From positions 42,098,001-42,162,000 of the forward strand of contig CM069140.1 in NCBI GenBank assembly GCA_035221665.1: a DNA stretch of 64,000 nucleotides, given 5' to 3'. The position numbers and the translations under genes are program-made. The notes under the pieces are model-generated. The model had not been told where the DNA came from, did not search any database, and saw nothing but the letters and a program-made list of their open reading frames with translations. Shown here in pieces: positions 38,099 through 49,468 of the stretch; position 1 is the stretch's first letter; each line of letters starts with the position of its first letter. Origin of the DNA: Okamejei kenojei (lineage: Eukaryota).

Positions 38099-40166
38099 TA
38101 TTACTATATTGACCCTTGCAACATAATGTTCTCAATTCAATTATCATGGCTAAGAAAAATCATGACAACACTTTTGTTTTCTTGAACAAAGGGCCAGTTT
38201 CTGTGGGAAACATCTGAAAAATATTCCATTTTAATGGGATTGGTGATATCATGATATTCTAAAACAGTTTTTCTGACCTGTGTTTTGCACAGTAGATTCT
38301 AGCATGCCTACCCCGTTTATAAAATATTTTTGGGAAACATCACATAATATAATTGCTTTGTTGCTGTTGCTGGTCTGGTTCTCAAAAGTATTTTTTTTTT
38401 TTTGCAAACTGACAGATACACAAGGAGATTGCGGTGGACAGTTCTTGGTTTTGTTTAATACTATTTTAAACCAAACCTGTTTCAAACTAGTATAACACTT
38501 ATTCAGCAGAAACCCAATCCATTAAAATACGACTTTTATTCTTCCCAAAAATGCTCCCTCAATTCACTGTGGTACTCTTAATATAATATTTTAGTACAGA
38601 TAATCATACTCTATTATGAAACTATGGTGAATATTGTCAGTTCCCAGTCTGGGGGATAGAAAAAATCTCTGAAAGTTCATGCGTATTTTTAACAATATTG
38701 CAGCGTATGCTAATGGAAACCATTTTAAATAGCAGTGAAGAAACAAAGCCATTGTGCTGTATTGACATATTGATGTAAAAAAGATTAACCTTGAAAGTTG
38801 ATATACCCGACTATAATAACAACTTAAGCCTTTGTTTTTCTTATATATAATGAGCTGGATTGTCGTGCATTTGGCCCTGCCCAAACTTGCCGCTCTGGGT
38901 TCCTATTCGTCGACACTAACGCGATCCACATATGAGGGGTTGACTGAACTGAGCTTCCATCCCTGGATTCAACGAAACGGGACGGGCTGTGAGTGCCTCG
39001 AATATTGTCGGCACCAGTGGCCTTTTGACGCTTGCAGCTGTCAAAAGCCTTTAAACTATATATAAATGCCACTAATGATCAGAAAGTTTAAACAAAATTG
39101 AAAGAGACTGAAATAGTTGTCAAAAATATAACATTAAATCTAATTAAATTGTGAGAGATTTTAATTGACGACATTGAGATAAAGAGTGTTAAATAAATCA
39201 CATGCTGATTCAAGGTCAGTGACTACATTCAAACAAATGAAGCAATGTGGATTGTGCCTGTCTTGCCTCGGTATTAGTGATTTACTGCAAAATTCATCCC
39301 ATGCATGCTCCATCCAATTTAATAATCACCTTAGTAGATATAAACTTAAGTTATAAGCACTTAGAAAAATGGATTGCTTGCCTTCAAAAAAAAAGTTTGA
39401 AGATTTGCTCGGTTAATTAGAAAATATTCTGAAATGAACATAGTGAGGAGTACCGATAGCCAACACAGTCCATAGTGTGTTGTTAACTGATATAAGCTGT
39501 TGTGATTAAAGAATTTGAGATCTTGCAATTACCTATATTATGGTGGATTATCATTTTACATTGGCTAACGGAGATGAATAGTAGAGTCATTATTTTGATT
39601 GGCTTCTAAACAATTCAAAATATCTAAGCAGCAAGAACCCATTTAAAATCATTTTGTGGCCCTCTAATGATTGTTGATTTGGAATTTAACGGAGTGCATT
39701 TTAAGGAATTTAAGGCTGCATTATCTTCCTTTGTCAGCTTCCATAGTTCTGTTTTAGGACCATCAAGAAGTGTCATTTAAAGCCTTGTGTGAATAGCATT
39801 CTGTCGCTGTTTAATAAATCCAGCTCTTATGTGGCATTTACTGCTGGAATTAAGGCAATTTTGTTTCAATTTCAAACCTTTGTTGCTGAAACGTTCGAAC
39901 CCTTTTCATTTCCATACTCTGATGAAAACTTTCTGCTATTTGAAAAGTATCATCGATAGTTGAGAAACTTTATTAGAAGATTTTATGTTGTTAATGACTA
40001 AAGGAGTAACCATTTTGCATGTGAAGATTAGGTGACGGTTGTTAAAATGGATGTTGTCATTTCATGATTTTACGAAAGAGATAAATAATTTCTATAAACA
40101 AAGAATCTCAATGCTTATCGTTAAAAGTTCCTCCAGCATAATGTTTTTCCCTGTATCCGTGCACGT

Positions 40167-40304
40167 CTTCTTCTTGCGTACGCCATGCACAACCTAAAGT
40201 TGTAGGACAACTTGTTCTATTTGATCTTATTTGATTGTGCACGCCGGGTTGATTGCATTCGTCGAAACAGGGCGGACCACGTGAAGGTTACAATCTTCCA
40301 CCCC
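40167..40304 (-). mobile_element. 138-bp retroposon (SINE-like) with (AAG)n tail and 11-bp TSD
   Basis: TCCGTGCACGT at 40156-40166 and 40305-40315; the minus strand ends ...tacgcAAGAAGAAG; no tRNA A/B boxes seen. Confidence 0.88.
40251..40304 (-). ncRNA. Candidate minimal HDV-like self-cleaving ribozyme
   Basis: Manual fold: P1 GGGGUGG/CCGCCCU (G1-U wobble), P2 GAUUGUA/UGCAAUC, P3 ACC/GGU, L3 UUCACGU, G plus mini-P4 U-UUCG-A, J4/2 CGAA with the putative catalytic C at 40261. Confidence 0.8.
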
Positions 40305-40974
40305 TCCGTGCACGTGATAATAATAAACCAATACAAATATTCATTTAATATCCTGCCTGGTCATGGATTACTCCAGCTGGATCTGGTTTCAGACTTCTCT
40401 TGTGCCAAAGACAGGTAATGGAGCAGCTCTTAATGTAGTCTGAGTTAGCTGAAAACCAATGAGAACTGGTGGTTTATTACTATCTGGGCCTGAAACTGTC
40501 CATGGTTACTCAGTCAGTTTGTGAATGCAGTCCTACATGCATTCTCAATTTATTTTAAAGGGTCTGGGTGTTTTGAACTGTTAGAAATGTTATATCTTGG
40601 TGTGAAAAGGAAACATTAAGCCATGTATGAGGTGCAGCATGGGCATAATTATGTAATTGCAACATGTTGCCAGATATTTAAACAATGACTACAGTGAATT
40701 TACTGTTTGAATGTGGTTTTAACTGCGGTTAAAACAGTTCAAATACCCCCAATTGGAATTAATTTAAAATATTGTAATTTTTTTTCTATTTGATCCCTTT
40801 TCTCAAAATAAAGCTTTACTGTTGTTAATAATTTGAGCTAAGGTTCCCATGTCAGGTTAACATTAATTTCGTAGATAGCTATAAGATATTAAGTAAGGCG
40901 AAACACTTCTGGGATGATCCTCGATCTGTGGTAAACTATCTTGGCTCAGCTCCGGTGGCATTAGGGACAAAATA

Positions 40975-42595
40975 CAGTGCCCTCCATAATGTTTGGGACA
41001 AAGACCCATCATTTATTTATTTGCCTCTGTACACTACAATTTGAGATTTGTAATATAAAAAAATCACATGTGGTTAAAGTGCACATTGTCAGATTTTAAT
41101 AAAGGCCATTCTATTTTAATTTTGGTTTCACCATGTAGAAATTACAGCAGTGATTATACATAGTCACCCCATTCCTGGGCACCATAATGTTTCGGACACA
41201 GCAATGTCATGTGAATGAAAGTAATCATGTTTAGTATTTTGTTGCATATCCTTTGCATGCAATGACTGCTTGAAGTCTGCGATTCATGGACATCACCAAT
41301 TGCTGGATGTCTTCTCTGGTGATGCTCTGTCAGGCCTATATTGCAGACATATTTTGCTTGTGCTTGTTTTGGGGGCTAGTCCCCTTCAGTTTTCTCTTCA
41401 GCATATAAAAGGCATGCTCAATTGGGTTCAGATCGGGTGATGGACATGGCCAGTCAAGAATTGACCATTTTTAGCTTTGGAAAACTAATTTGTTGCTTTG
41501 ACAGTATGTTTGGGATCATTGTATTGCTGTAGAATTAGTTTTGAGGCATTTGTTTGAACTTGAGTAGGTAGGATGTGTTTATACACTTCAGAATTCATGA
41601 TGCGCTACTACCATCAGCAGTTGTATCATCAATGAAGATAAGTGAGCCAGTACTTTCAGCAACCATACATGCCCAGGCCATAACACCCCCACCACCATGT
41701 TTCACAGATGAGGTGGTATGCTTTAGATCTTGGGTAGTTCCTTCTCTCCTCCATAATTTGCTCTTGTCATCACTCTGATGTAATCGTCATCTCATCTGTC
41801 CGCAAGACCTTTTTACATAACTGTGGTTGTTCTTTTAAGTACTTCTTGGCAAACTGTAACCCGGCCATCCTATTTTTGCAGCTATTTTTGCAGTGGTTTG
41901 CATCTTGCAGTGTAGCCTCTGTATTTCTGTTCATGAAGTCTTCTGAGGACAGTGGTCATTGACAAATCCTCACCTGACTCCTGAAGAGTGTTTCTGATCT
42001 GTCGGACAGGTGTTTGGGGATTTTTCTTTATTATAGATATAATTCTTCTGTCATCAGCTGTGGAGGTCTTCCTTGGCCTGCCAGTCCCTTTGCGATTAGT
42101 AAGCTCACCAGTGCTCTCTTTCTTCTTAATGTTGTTTCAAACAGTTGATTTTGATAAGCCTAAGGTTTGGCTGATGTATCTGACAGTTTTATTCTTGTTT
42201 CTCACTCATAATGACTTATTGGATTTTCATTGGCACAAATTTGGTCCTCATGTTGAGAAAAAGCAATAAAAGTTTCCAAAGGAGATGGAAAGACTGGAGA
42301 AAGACTAGGTGCTGAGAGCTCTCTTATACCTGCATTAAGGAGCCAATTAAATGTACATGAGCAATTACAAACACCTGTGAAGTTGTGTGTCCCAAACATT
42401 ATGGTGCCCTGAAATGGGGCGACAATGACACTGCTGTAATTTCTACATGGTGAAACCAAAATGTATAAAAACGGCCTTTAATAAAATCTGACAATGTGCA
42501 CTTTAACCACATGTGATTTTTTTTTTTCTATTACAAAACTCAAATTATGGCAAATAAATAAATGATAGGTCTTTGTCCTAAACATTATGGAACTG
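40975..42595 (-). mobile_element. Full-length Tc1/mariner DNA transposon (IR/DR type), inactive
   Basis: TA dinucleotides at 40973-40974 and 42596-42597; ~220-bp TIRs starting CAGTG; each TIR carries two copies of ccataatgttt(g/c)ggaca or its reverse complement. Confidence 0.95.
41231..42251 (-). pseudogene. Tc1 DDE transposase pseudogene
   Basis: MRTK...LGLSKSTV...GTGRPRKTS, VLRTDE, QQYNDPKHT (second catalytic D changed to Y), WPCPSPDLNPIEHAF, RRLQAVIACKGYATKY*; contains stops and frameshifts. Confidence 0.9.
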
Positions 42596-43911
42596 TAACA
42601 TGCACCAGCATAACTGAAGTAGTTCATTAAATTATAACTAAGCTCGTACTGCTCATTGTAATCAAGCATCGTCAGAACTGGATGCTTTTATGCAGGCCCT
42701 CTTTCTGGATAGCTTGCAATATACTCCATTCTATCCTTCACTAGACTTCATTCTGGCTTAAACAACCAAAGTTACACACGCGGTTCCCGAATTAAAACAG
42801 TAAACACGGGAGGTAAAAAGCAAGAAAAATTCAAGCAAGAAATGCTGAGGGAGGGTACTATTAAAGAACCTCGTTGAATTGCATCCTGCAACTGGCAAAT
42901 ACTGCAGCCTTAGTTCACCAGGGGCATTGTGAATGGGGCTTACGGTAGTGGAGAGAGCGTCCATCCAATGCCAGCTTTGTCTTGATGGTGCACAGTTCTA
43001 GGTTTTTTGGGGGAACTGCAATCCTCCACCTTTCCAGGGAAGTAACAAAAAATATTTTGTCATGACGCTAGTTCATGGTGGAAAAGCTGTGGTGAAACAG
43101 AAGGTGAACCAGTTGCAGCAGAATATTCATCATCTAATTCACACTTATGGTAACATTATCCACTTGGCTACCGCACTAAAACATTTGGTTTATAATGAGG
43201 TCCTAGGATGTTGATAGTAGGGGATTCAACAGCAGTAATGCTATTCAGTGTTAAAGGGTGTTGATTGGGCTCTTGTTTTTATGATTATCTTTACCTGGTA
43301 CTTGTTTGAATGAGTGTATTTATCTTTATCAGCTCACTTCTGATTATTGTTCCGCTCTTGTTTCAAGTGGGTATGGATGTGTCATTATCTGAGGAATCAC
43401 AATAGATCCAAACACTGTAGTGACTAGCAAAATGAGTACTTCCAAGCTTCTATTGGAGAGAGATTTTGTGGTGAAGCGGTTTATGGTTGCTTGGCCAAGA
43501 ACTTTGCCTTTGAAGAATTCTTGCTCCGAGACTACAACATTTGAATCTTCCTCACTCAACATGAAAATACTGCACAGTACAATTGAGGGTTTCTTCTGTT
43601 ATGGGGGCTTTTCCTCCATAAGGTAGCAATGTTATCAGAGACATGTATCAGTGGAAGGTAGATTGGCAAGGACAGGGTTAAGTTGGTTTTTCTCTTGTTA
43701 TGATTCTTTAACATTGAGCTACACACCCACTTTGGTAGCAGTGAACTGCAGCAATCAATAGACACTTTTGGTGTAGCTTTTGTGTGGAGGAAGCATGAAG
43801 GAAGTCTTTGGTGTTTTTTCTACATCAGTTTTAACATGGAAGAGTCCTGACCATCACCTAGTCATCATTAGAGAGTTTACATGCCTGAGTTTGATCTGAT
43901 GCCTTCACGAT

Positions 43912-44180
43912 GTTTAGTTTTAGTTGAGAGATACATCAAGGAAACAGGCCCTTCCGCCCACCGAACTGCGCCGAGCAGCAATCCCCGCACACTAACACTA
44001 TCCCACACATATTAAGCACAATTTACAATTTTACCAGGCCAATTAGCCTATAGACCCATAGCTTTGGAGTGTGGAGGAAAACTGGAGTACCCGGAAAACA
44101 AATGCGCATGTCACGAGGAGAACGTACAAACTCTGTACAGACAGTACCTGTAGTCAGGGTGGAACCCGGGTCTCTGGCGC
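43912..44180 (-). mobile_element. HE1-like / V-SINE
   Basis: Reverse complement has head gcgccagagacccgggttccaccctgactac, central V-domain-like ggtactccagttttcctcc, and a CR1-type tail ending in ctaaa repeats. Confidence 0.8.
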
Positions 44181-44390
44181 CCCTATCCCACTTTCCCTAG
44201 TTACTCACGAAATCTCCCGAGTTTCCCCTTGATTCAAACTAGGAGATGCCAGCCGTAGGTGCTCGGGGCTAGTTTTTTTACTCGTGGACATTTTTCAACA
44301 TGCTGAAAAAACGTCCCAACTTACCTGATGCCCCGAGTACCTACGGCTGGCATTACGAGCCGCTACGAAATATCTACGGACTCGCTACGG
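44179..44390. mobile_element. Truncated palindromic Harbinger-like MITE
   Basis: Starts gcccctatcccactt (cf. gggcctgtcccactt at 24893); 24-bp inverted repeat 44246-44269 / 44330-44353 around a central hairpin. Confidence 0.55.
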
Positions 44391-44607
44391 TGCCTAATGT
44401 TTGAGATGTCCATAGGACAGCTGTCTCAATTCTGGAATGAGCTCCCAGATGTGAGTGATCAGGAATCACTAAAGTTAATTTGGATTAGTGTGTATTTGTC
44501 ATGTTCAAATCCTATGCGTAGGTTGATTGTTTTATTATGGATTTTCATAAAGTTATGGGATGTGCATTTGAGTGGGCATTGAGTATGCCACAATATTATT
44601 AGTTTGG

Positions 44608-44797
44608 ACACAAAATGCTGGAGTAATTCTGTGAGACAGGCAGCATCTCTGGAGAGAAGGAATGGGTGACCTTTCGGGTCGAGACCCGAAACGTCACCCA
44701 TTCCTTCTCTCCAGAGATGCTGCCTGTTCCGCTGAGTTACTCCAGCATTTTGTGTACATCTTTGATTTAAACCAGCATCTGTAGTTCTTTCCTACAC
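44608..44797. mobile_element. Fold-back Penelope-derived short element
   Basis: Palindrome centred on tttcgggtc-GA-gacccgaaa (44672-44691); imperfect TSD attattagtttgg (44595-44607) and attattaaattgg (44798-44810). Confidence 0.85.
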
Positions 44798-44839
44798 ATT
44801 ATTAAATTGGAATTACTTACGTGCCAGACTAGATAAAAC

Positions 44840-45048
44840 AGTAGGTTTTCTTTCCTGGGGTATAGAAGTGACCTTGAGGTGTTTTACGTAACAATCCAGT
44901 AGTCCACATTACTGTTGCTAACTTATTATTGTAGATTTATTAAATTAATTGAATTTATTTCATTAGCTGCTATGGTGACATTTGAACTCGCTCTCTGAAT
45001 CATTAGTTCAAGTCCTTGGATTATTAGTAAAGTAACCGCTTATGCTAT
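44840..45048 (-). mobile_element. Old SacSINE1-like SINE fragment
   Basis: agctgctatggtgacatttgaactc...cattag...ggattattagt resembles the reverse complement of the SacSINE1 head (from memory). Confidence 0.5.
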
Positions 45049-47994
45049 CCTACTCATGCATTTTTCATAACTTTTTTTAAGTAATAATGTGCCATGGGGG
45101 ATAGCAATGTTTTCACATTGCTTAACAGGGTCACATTATGACTGTCAGCATTTGTAATATTTTTCAATTTGTTCTTAAGCAAATTTCTGCAAAGATTTTT
45201 AATATTTAAGTCTGAGAGGGTAAAGTGTTTATTTTATAAAATAGAGACATTTCATGTGGTTTGAGCACGTACATGACACAGCAGTGGAATGTGCTTGTAA
45301 ACTTGGTGGACCATGTGACTGTAAACCCCCTTTTAGAGTGGAGAGATTAATATGTATGATGCAGTGCTGCTGAGCTCTTCCCTAATGCACAGAAAGCTGT
45401 TTTTCATATATTGTAGCCTGGGAAAGCTCTGTACCAGCGAAGGCGTAACTCTATCTCTTTCTGAGTTGTTGCCAAGCAGATGTAGGGTCCTGGAACCTTC
45501 CCAGCAAACTTGACATAGCCAATACTTCTGTGAGCTGGCCTTCATCTCCTCTGTTCACTCAGTTCTATTCAAATGCCTGAAGTGTATAATTTATTTTCTG
45601 CTGTGGCAGGGAAGCTACAATTTGGTGTCCAATCCTCCTCAATGGCAACCCTGAAATGTTGGAAGCTGCTTTGAATTAACCCCCTCCTGGAATGCTAAAA
45701 TTGCAGAGTGTATCATTTTTTCATAGGCTGGCATAATGTTAATTTAATTATGAACAATTAAGAGCTGAATGCTAGCCTTTGAAGGAAGGATCATGTCAGT
45801 CAGTGGACTAAAATGTAAATGTAAAACACAAATGTACGCATTTTTTTAATTCACTACTTTTTAAGGGATCTTGACAATCTTACTGACCAAAATAAATTGC
45901 TGAAGTCACTGAAAGAAAGATAGAGTAATTCAGATGCCAAACACTGCTTGTTCCAGGACTGCTAATAATATTTTCTTTGATCCTTCAGGCATTTTAGCCC
46001 CACCCCCACTAATTGATTTCACCCCTGACTTCATAAGGCCCAGGCTGTATATAACTCTAAGCTTTGATGTCCCGATGTTTTGAGATTCCTCAGATATTGC
46101 AGTCTTCCTAGGCCCTACTTATATCAGAATTCCCAATCCTCCAAGGACGCAATCACCCTGAGGCTATATTCTCCTTGCATCCAGCTTCTTACAATCTCAA
46201 TTACAAACCCCTGCCATTCACTAGCCATCCAATTGGCCCATACCTTCAAGTGTGCCATTTTTTTTCTCACCTGCCTGCATCCTAACTCATGGACAACCCA
46301 GATTTTTTTTGCAATCTGCAGCTCCCTGCCCCTCATCCCCACCCTAAGCACTATTTCCCTCCCTCAGAACCTTCCTCCTCTATCCAGCTATTTTCTATCC
46401 CAGCAACAAGACCGCCTCACCTCTCCCAACAATCTGGCCTCGTTTTCAAACAACATGTTTATGATTTCAGTGGGAGCTGCAGTACAATTGAAATTAGCAG
46501 CAATGGTCCCAGGAATGAAACTTTTAGGCCAGATAGTGTTCGATTAAACTCACAACGATGTGGGATCCAGTTGTTTGGAACTCTTGATAGTTCGGAACCT
46601 TGATCTCTCATTTGTGCAGAATGAGATCAGGGGACGAGATTGCAGATGGAGTATGTAGGAACAGCCAGCAGTCCTGAGGATGGCTGGGGCTGGACTGGTA
46701 GCTGGTGTGCATCATTAGCCATGATTGGGTTCTGACATATGAACCGTATGCTGGAACCGGTGTTTGGAATAATTGTATGCTTCCTGCACTTCTCAAACTC
46801 ACTAGGTTCACTGGAAAATGTATTAAAAGTATATAAAGGTATTAAAAGAAGGAACATCCAATAGCCCAGAAAATCAGATGGTGCAGCGTGACCAAAGTCT
46901 CAAGAAATGTACTGTAATTTTAAATAGGACTGCGCAATCAACTGTTGTTGAACCGAATAGGTAAGTATTTATTTCATTATTACTTGACCCCAGATGCACA
47001 CTGGAAATAATTAGCTATTCATAACAGTTACCAGTTGTTGGTGTTCAGAATGAAATGTGCCTTTTGTCACAAGATTTTGGTAAGTTTGCCCAGTGATATT
47101 CCCAAACATTGCAAGTTGCTTTAATTATAGATCTACGGTGTGAAGGATTAATTAGTAGAAATGACCTACTGACCTCAGCTCTAAGAAAAGGGAGGGTGAA
47201 TTGCTTGGTTTGGTTTATCTATCGGAGGCTGATTATTTTCTCTCTCTTGTCACTTTAGAACTCTCAGTGCAAATATTTCTAAATTGCAGTAGTTTTGTGG
47301 CAGCCAACAATTCATTAACACTATAGCTATAAAGCTGTCAGAAACAGTGGATGTTCATCCCTCATTCCCAGGCTGGATTTACACTCAGACCTCTGGTGTA
47401 GAACTGGTATCATAATTCATGTCTTAAATCAATTCACTGTCTAATCCTTTCAAAAATTAACATTTTCTAGCCTGTTGGTATTAGCAAAATATTCTAGCAC
47501 TGAACAGTGCATCAAAATCCTGTGCTCTAACTACTGCACTGAATTATTTGGTCATTTTTCATAATGTATATCTTTACTAATCAAAAACAAAACCTGTAAG
47601 CAAGCTATTTTCTTTGGTGTTCTCCAAGCAAAACTGAACACACACATTCTGTTTTTTCTTTACTGATCTGTCGTTCAGTCTTGGGTTGTTTCTTGATTTG
47701 ACAACCAGTGTCTAACACAACACTGTACCCTTTACAGGTAAAGATATCCATGGAGGAAATTTGAATGAAGCATAACTTGGGGAGGAGATGACAAGGGCTC
47801 CTTTCTTGCCCTCTGTGCACTCACTGGGCAAGTGCTCCCGCAGTGGAAATTCACCCTTTTGATTTTTTTTTCATGAACAAGTGTACTTTACAGTTGCAAA
47901 TAAATGATGCAGTATTCCTCATATGAAGATGAAAAATAATTACTTTTGGGGTCTTCTATTCTCAAGCTTTGTTATACATTAAAGATCTCTTCAT

Positions 47995-48137
47995 ATCGGA
48001 TGATCAAGTCATATGTGATAGGACCAGAATTAGGCTATTCGGCCCATCAAGTGAACTACGCCAGTCAATCATGGCTAATCTATCTCTCCCTCCTAACCCT
48101 ATTCTCCTGCCTTCTCCCCATAACTCCTGACACCTGT
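47995..48137 (-). mobile_element. CR1 3' end fragment
   Basis: attaggctattcggcccatcaag...cctgccttctccccataactcctga parallels the young CR1 end at 4165-4280. Confidence 0.75.
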
Positions 48138-49327
48138 GGCAACCTCCACTCCATCATTGCTCTTTAATATCTCATGGACCATTCTCTTGCAAAGTCAGTT
48201 ACCTGTTGAATACAGAATTGTTTTAGTCCTAAAGCTCTGAGCAGGCTATCCTCGTGTATTTTCTAAGTTGCTGGAAGGACGTTGAAACATTGTCTTGTCA
48301 ATACCCAAATAAGAACGTTTAAGGTTTGACATAACTGTAATTAAATCTAAAATAGGCAATGTGGCTGCATGCAAGTTTTCAGGGGAATCTGAATTATGCT
48401 TTCACTGTAATTTTATCAATGAACATTATGCAATTCATTAGTCTGTTTGATATATTTATGTTGTTAATTGTCACCTGGCAGTAACTATGTGTTTTTAGAA
48501 ATAACTGCAATAATCAGATGTTATTATTTCCACGAATCTCACGAGATTTTAAATTGATCAATATTAATATTTTATTAATATATTTTTAGCAAAATCTTTC
48601 AAAGATTGGCAACCATTTTAATGGTGTCTATACATTGAAATACATTGTCATTCATTTGAGTTGGTGTTAAATCCCTATCAAATAACAACCAAGGATGGAT
48701 ATTACATGCTGCTTGTCAGCAATGCCCACATCCTTGAAAGCATTAAGTCATGTTACTTTTTGGTGTTTTATTATAATCTGGATACCTCCGTTTCAAACCA
48801 AATACCTTCACAGCATTAATGTAAAGAGAAAGTTGAATGCAGAAAGTACAAAACAGAAGAAATGCAAATTGGACAATTTAGCAATAGACGGTGTTGATTT
48901 TACATTAAGATGGGCTTCCAGAGCCAATCTGCACCAGCCTGTTGAGTTCCTGCCAATTATTTCTTATTTCAAACCGCATGGTGTGTTTTAAGTTCCACAT
49001 GCTATCCTTCTACCAAGAATGGCTATAATAGGGTGTGGAAATGATAGCTGGCAGATGAAGGGAGGGTGTCTCTTCCTGTACTTCCATGTTAATGGAAGTG
49101 GAAGGGAGAGGGTTTTAAAACAATAATACAACAAATAATTTGAAAACCCTCATTTTAATAGTCCTTTTCATAATGGATTTTGGTTATAGCGGATGGACTT
49201 ACCGATGGCTGCCCATGCCACCCCCGGCTTACTCCACTCCATTGGTTCTGATCATCCATGGCTCTCCCCTGACCACCAGCAGACTGGGGCCATCAACTCA
49301 CCTAGATTCTAGGCCCAGTACCAATTG

Positions 49328-49460
49328 AGAGTCTGAAGACGGGTCTCGATCTGAAACATCACCTGTCCTTGTTCCACAGAGATGCTGCCTGACCTGCTGA
49401 GTTAGTCCAGAACTTTGTGCCCTTTTGTGTATTAATCAGCAACTGCAGTTGTTTGTTTCA
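49328..49460 (+). mobile_element. Penelope-derived short element (hammerhead-like family)
   Basis: gtCTGAAGAcgggtctcgatctGAAAcatcacc...gatgctgcctgacctgctgagtt...cagcaactgcagtt. Confidence 0.75.
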
Positions 49461-49468
49461 GCTACTTA

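Noticed and set aside
46080-46603. ORFs of 155 and 104 aa
   Set aside because: Non-ATG or low-complexity frames with no recognisable domain; probably decayed repeat.
46928-46960. 33-nt frame-preserving exon candidate with a strong AG/GTAAGT donor
   Set aside because: Poor polypyrimidine tract and unrecognised peptide; cannot be supported without RNA-seq.
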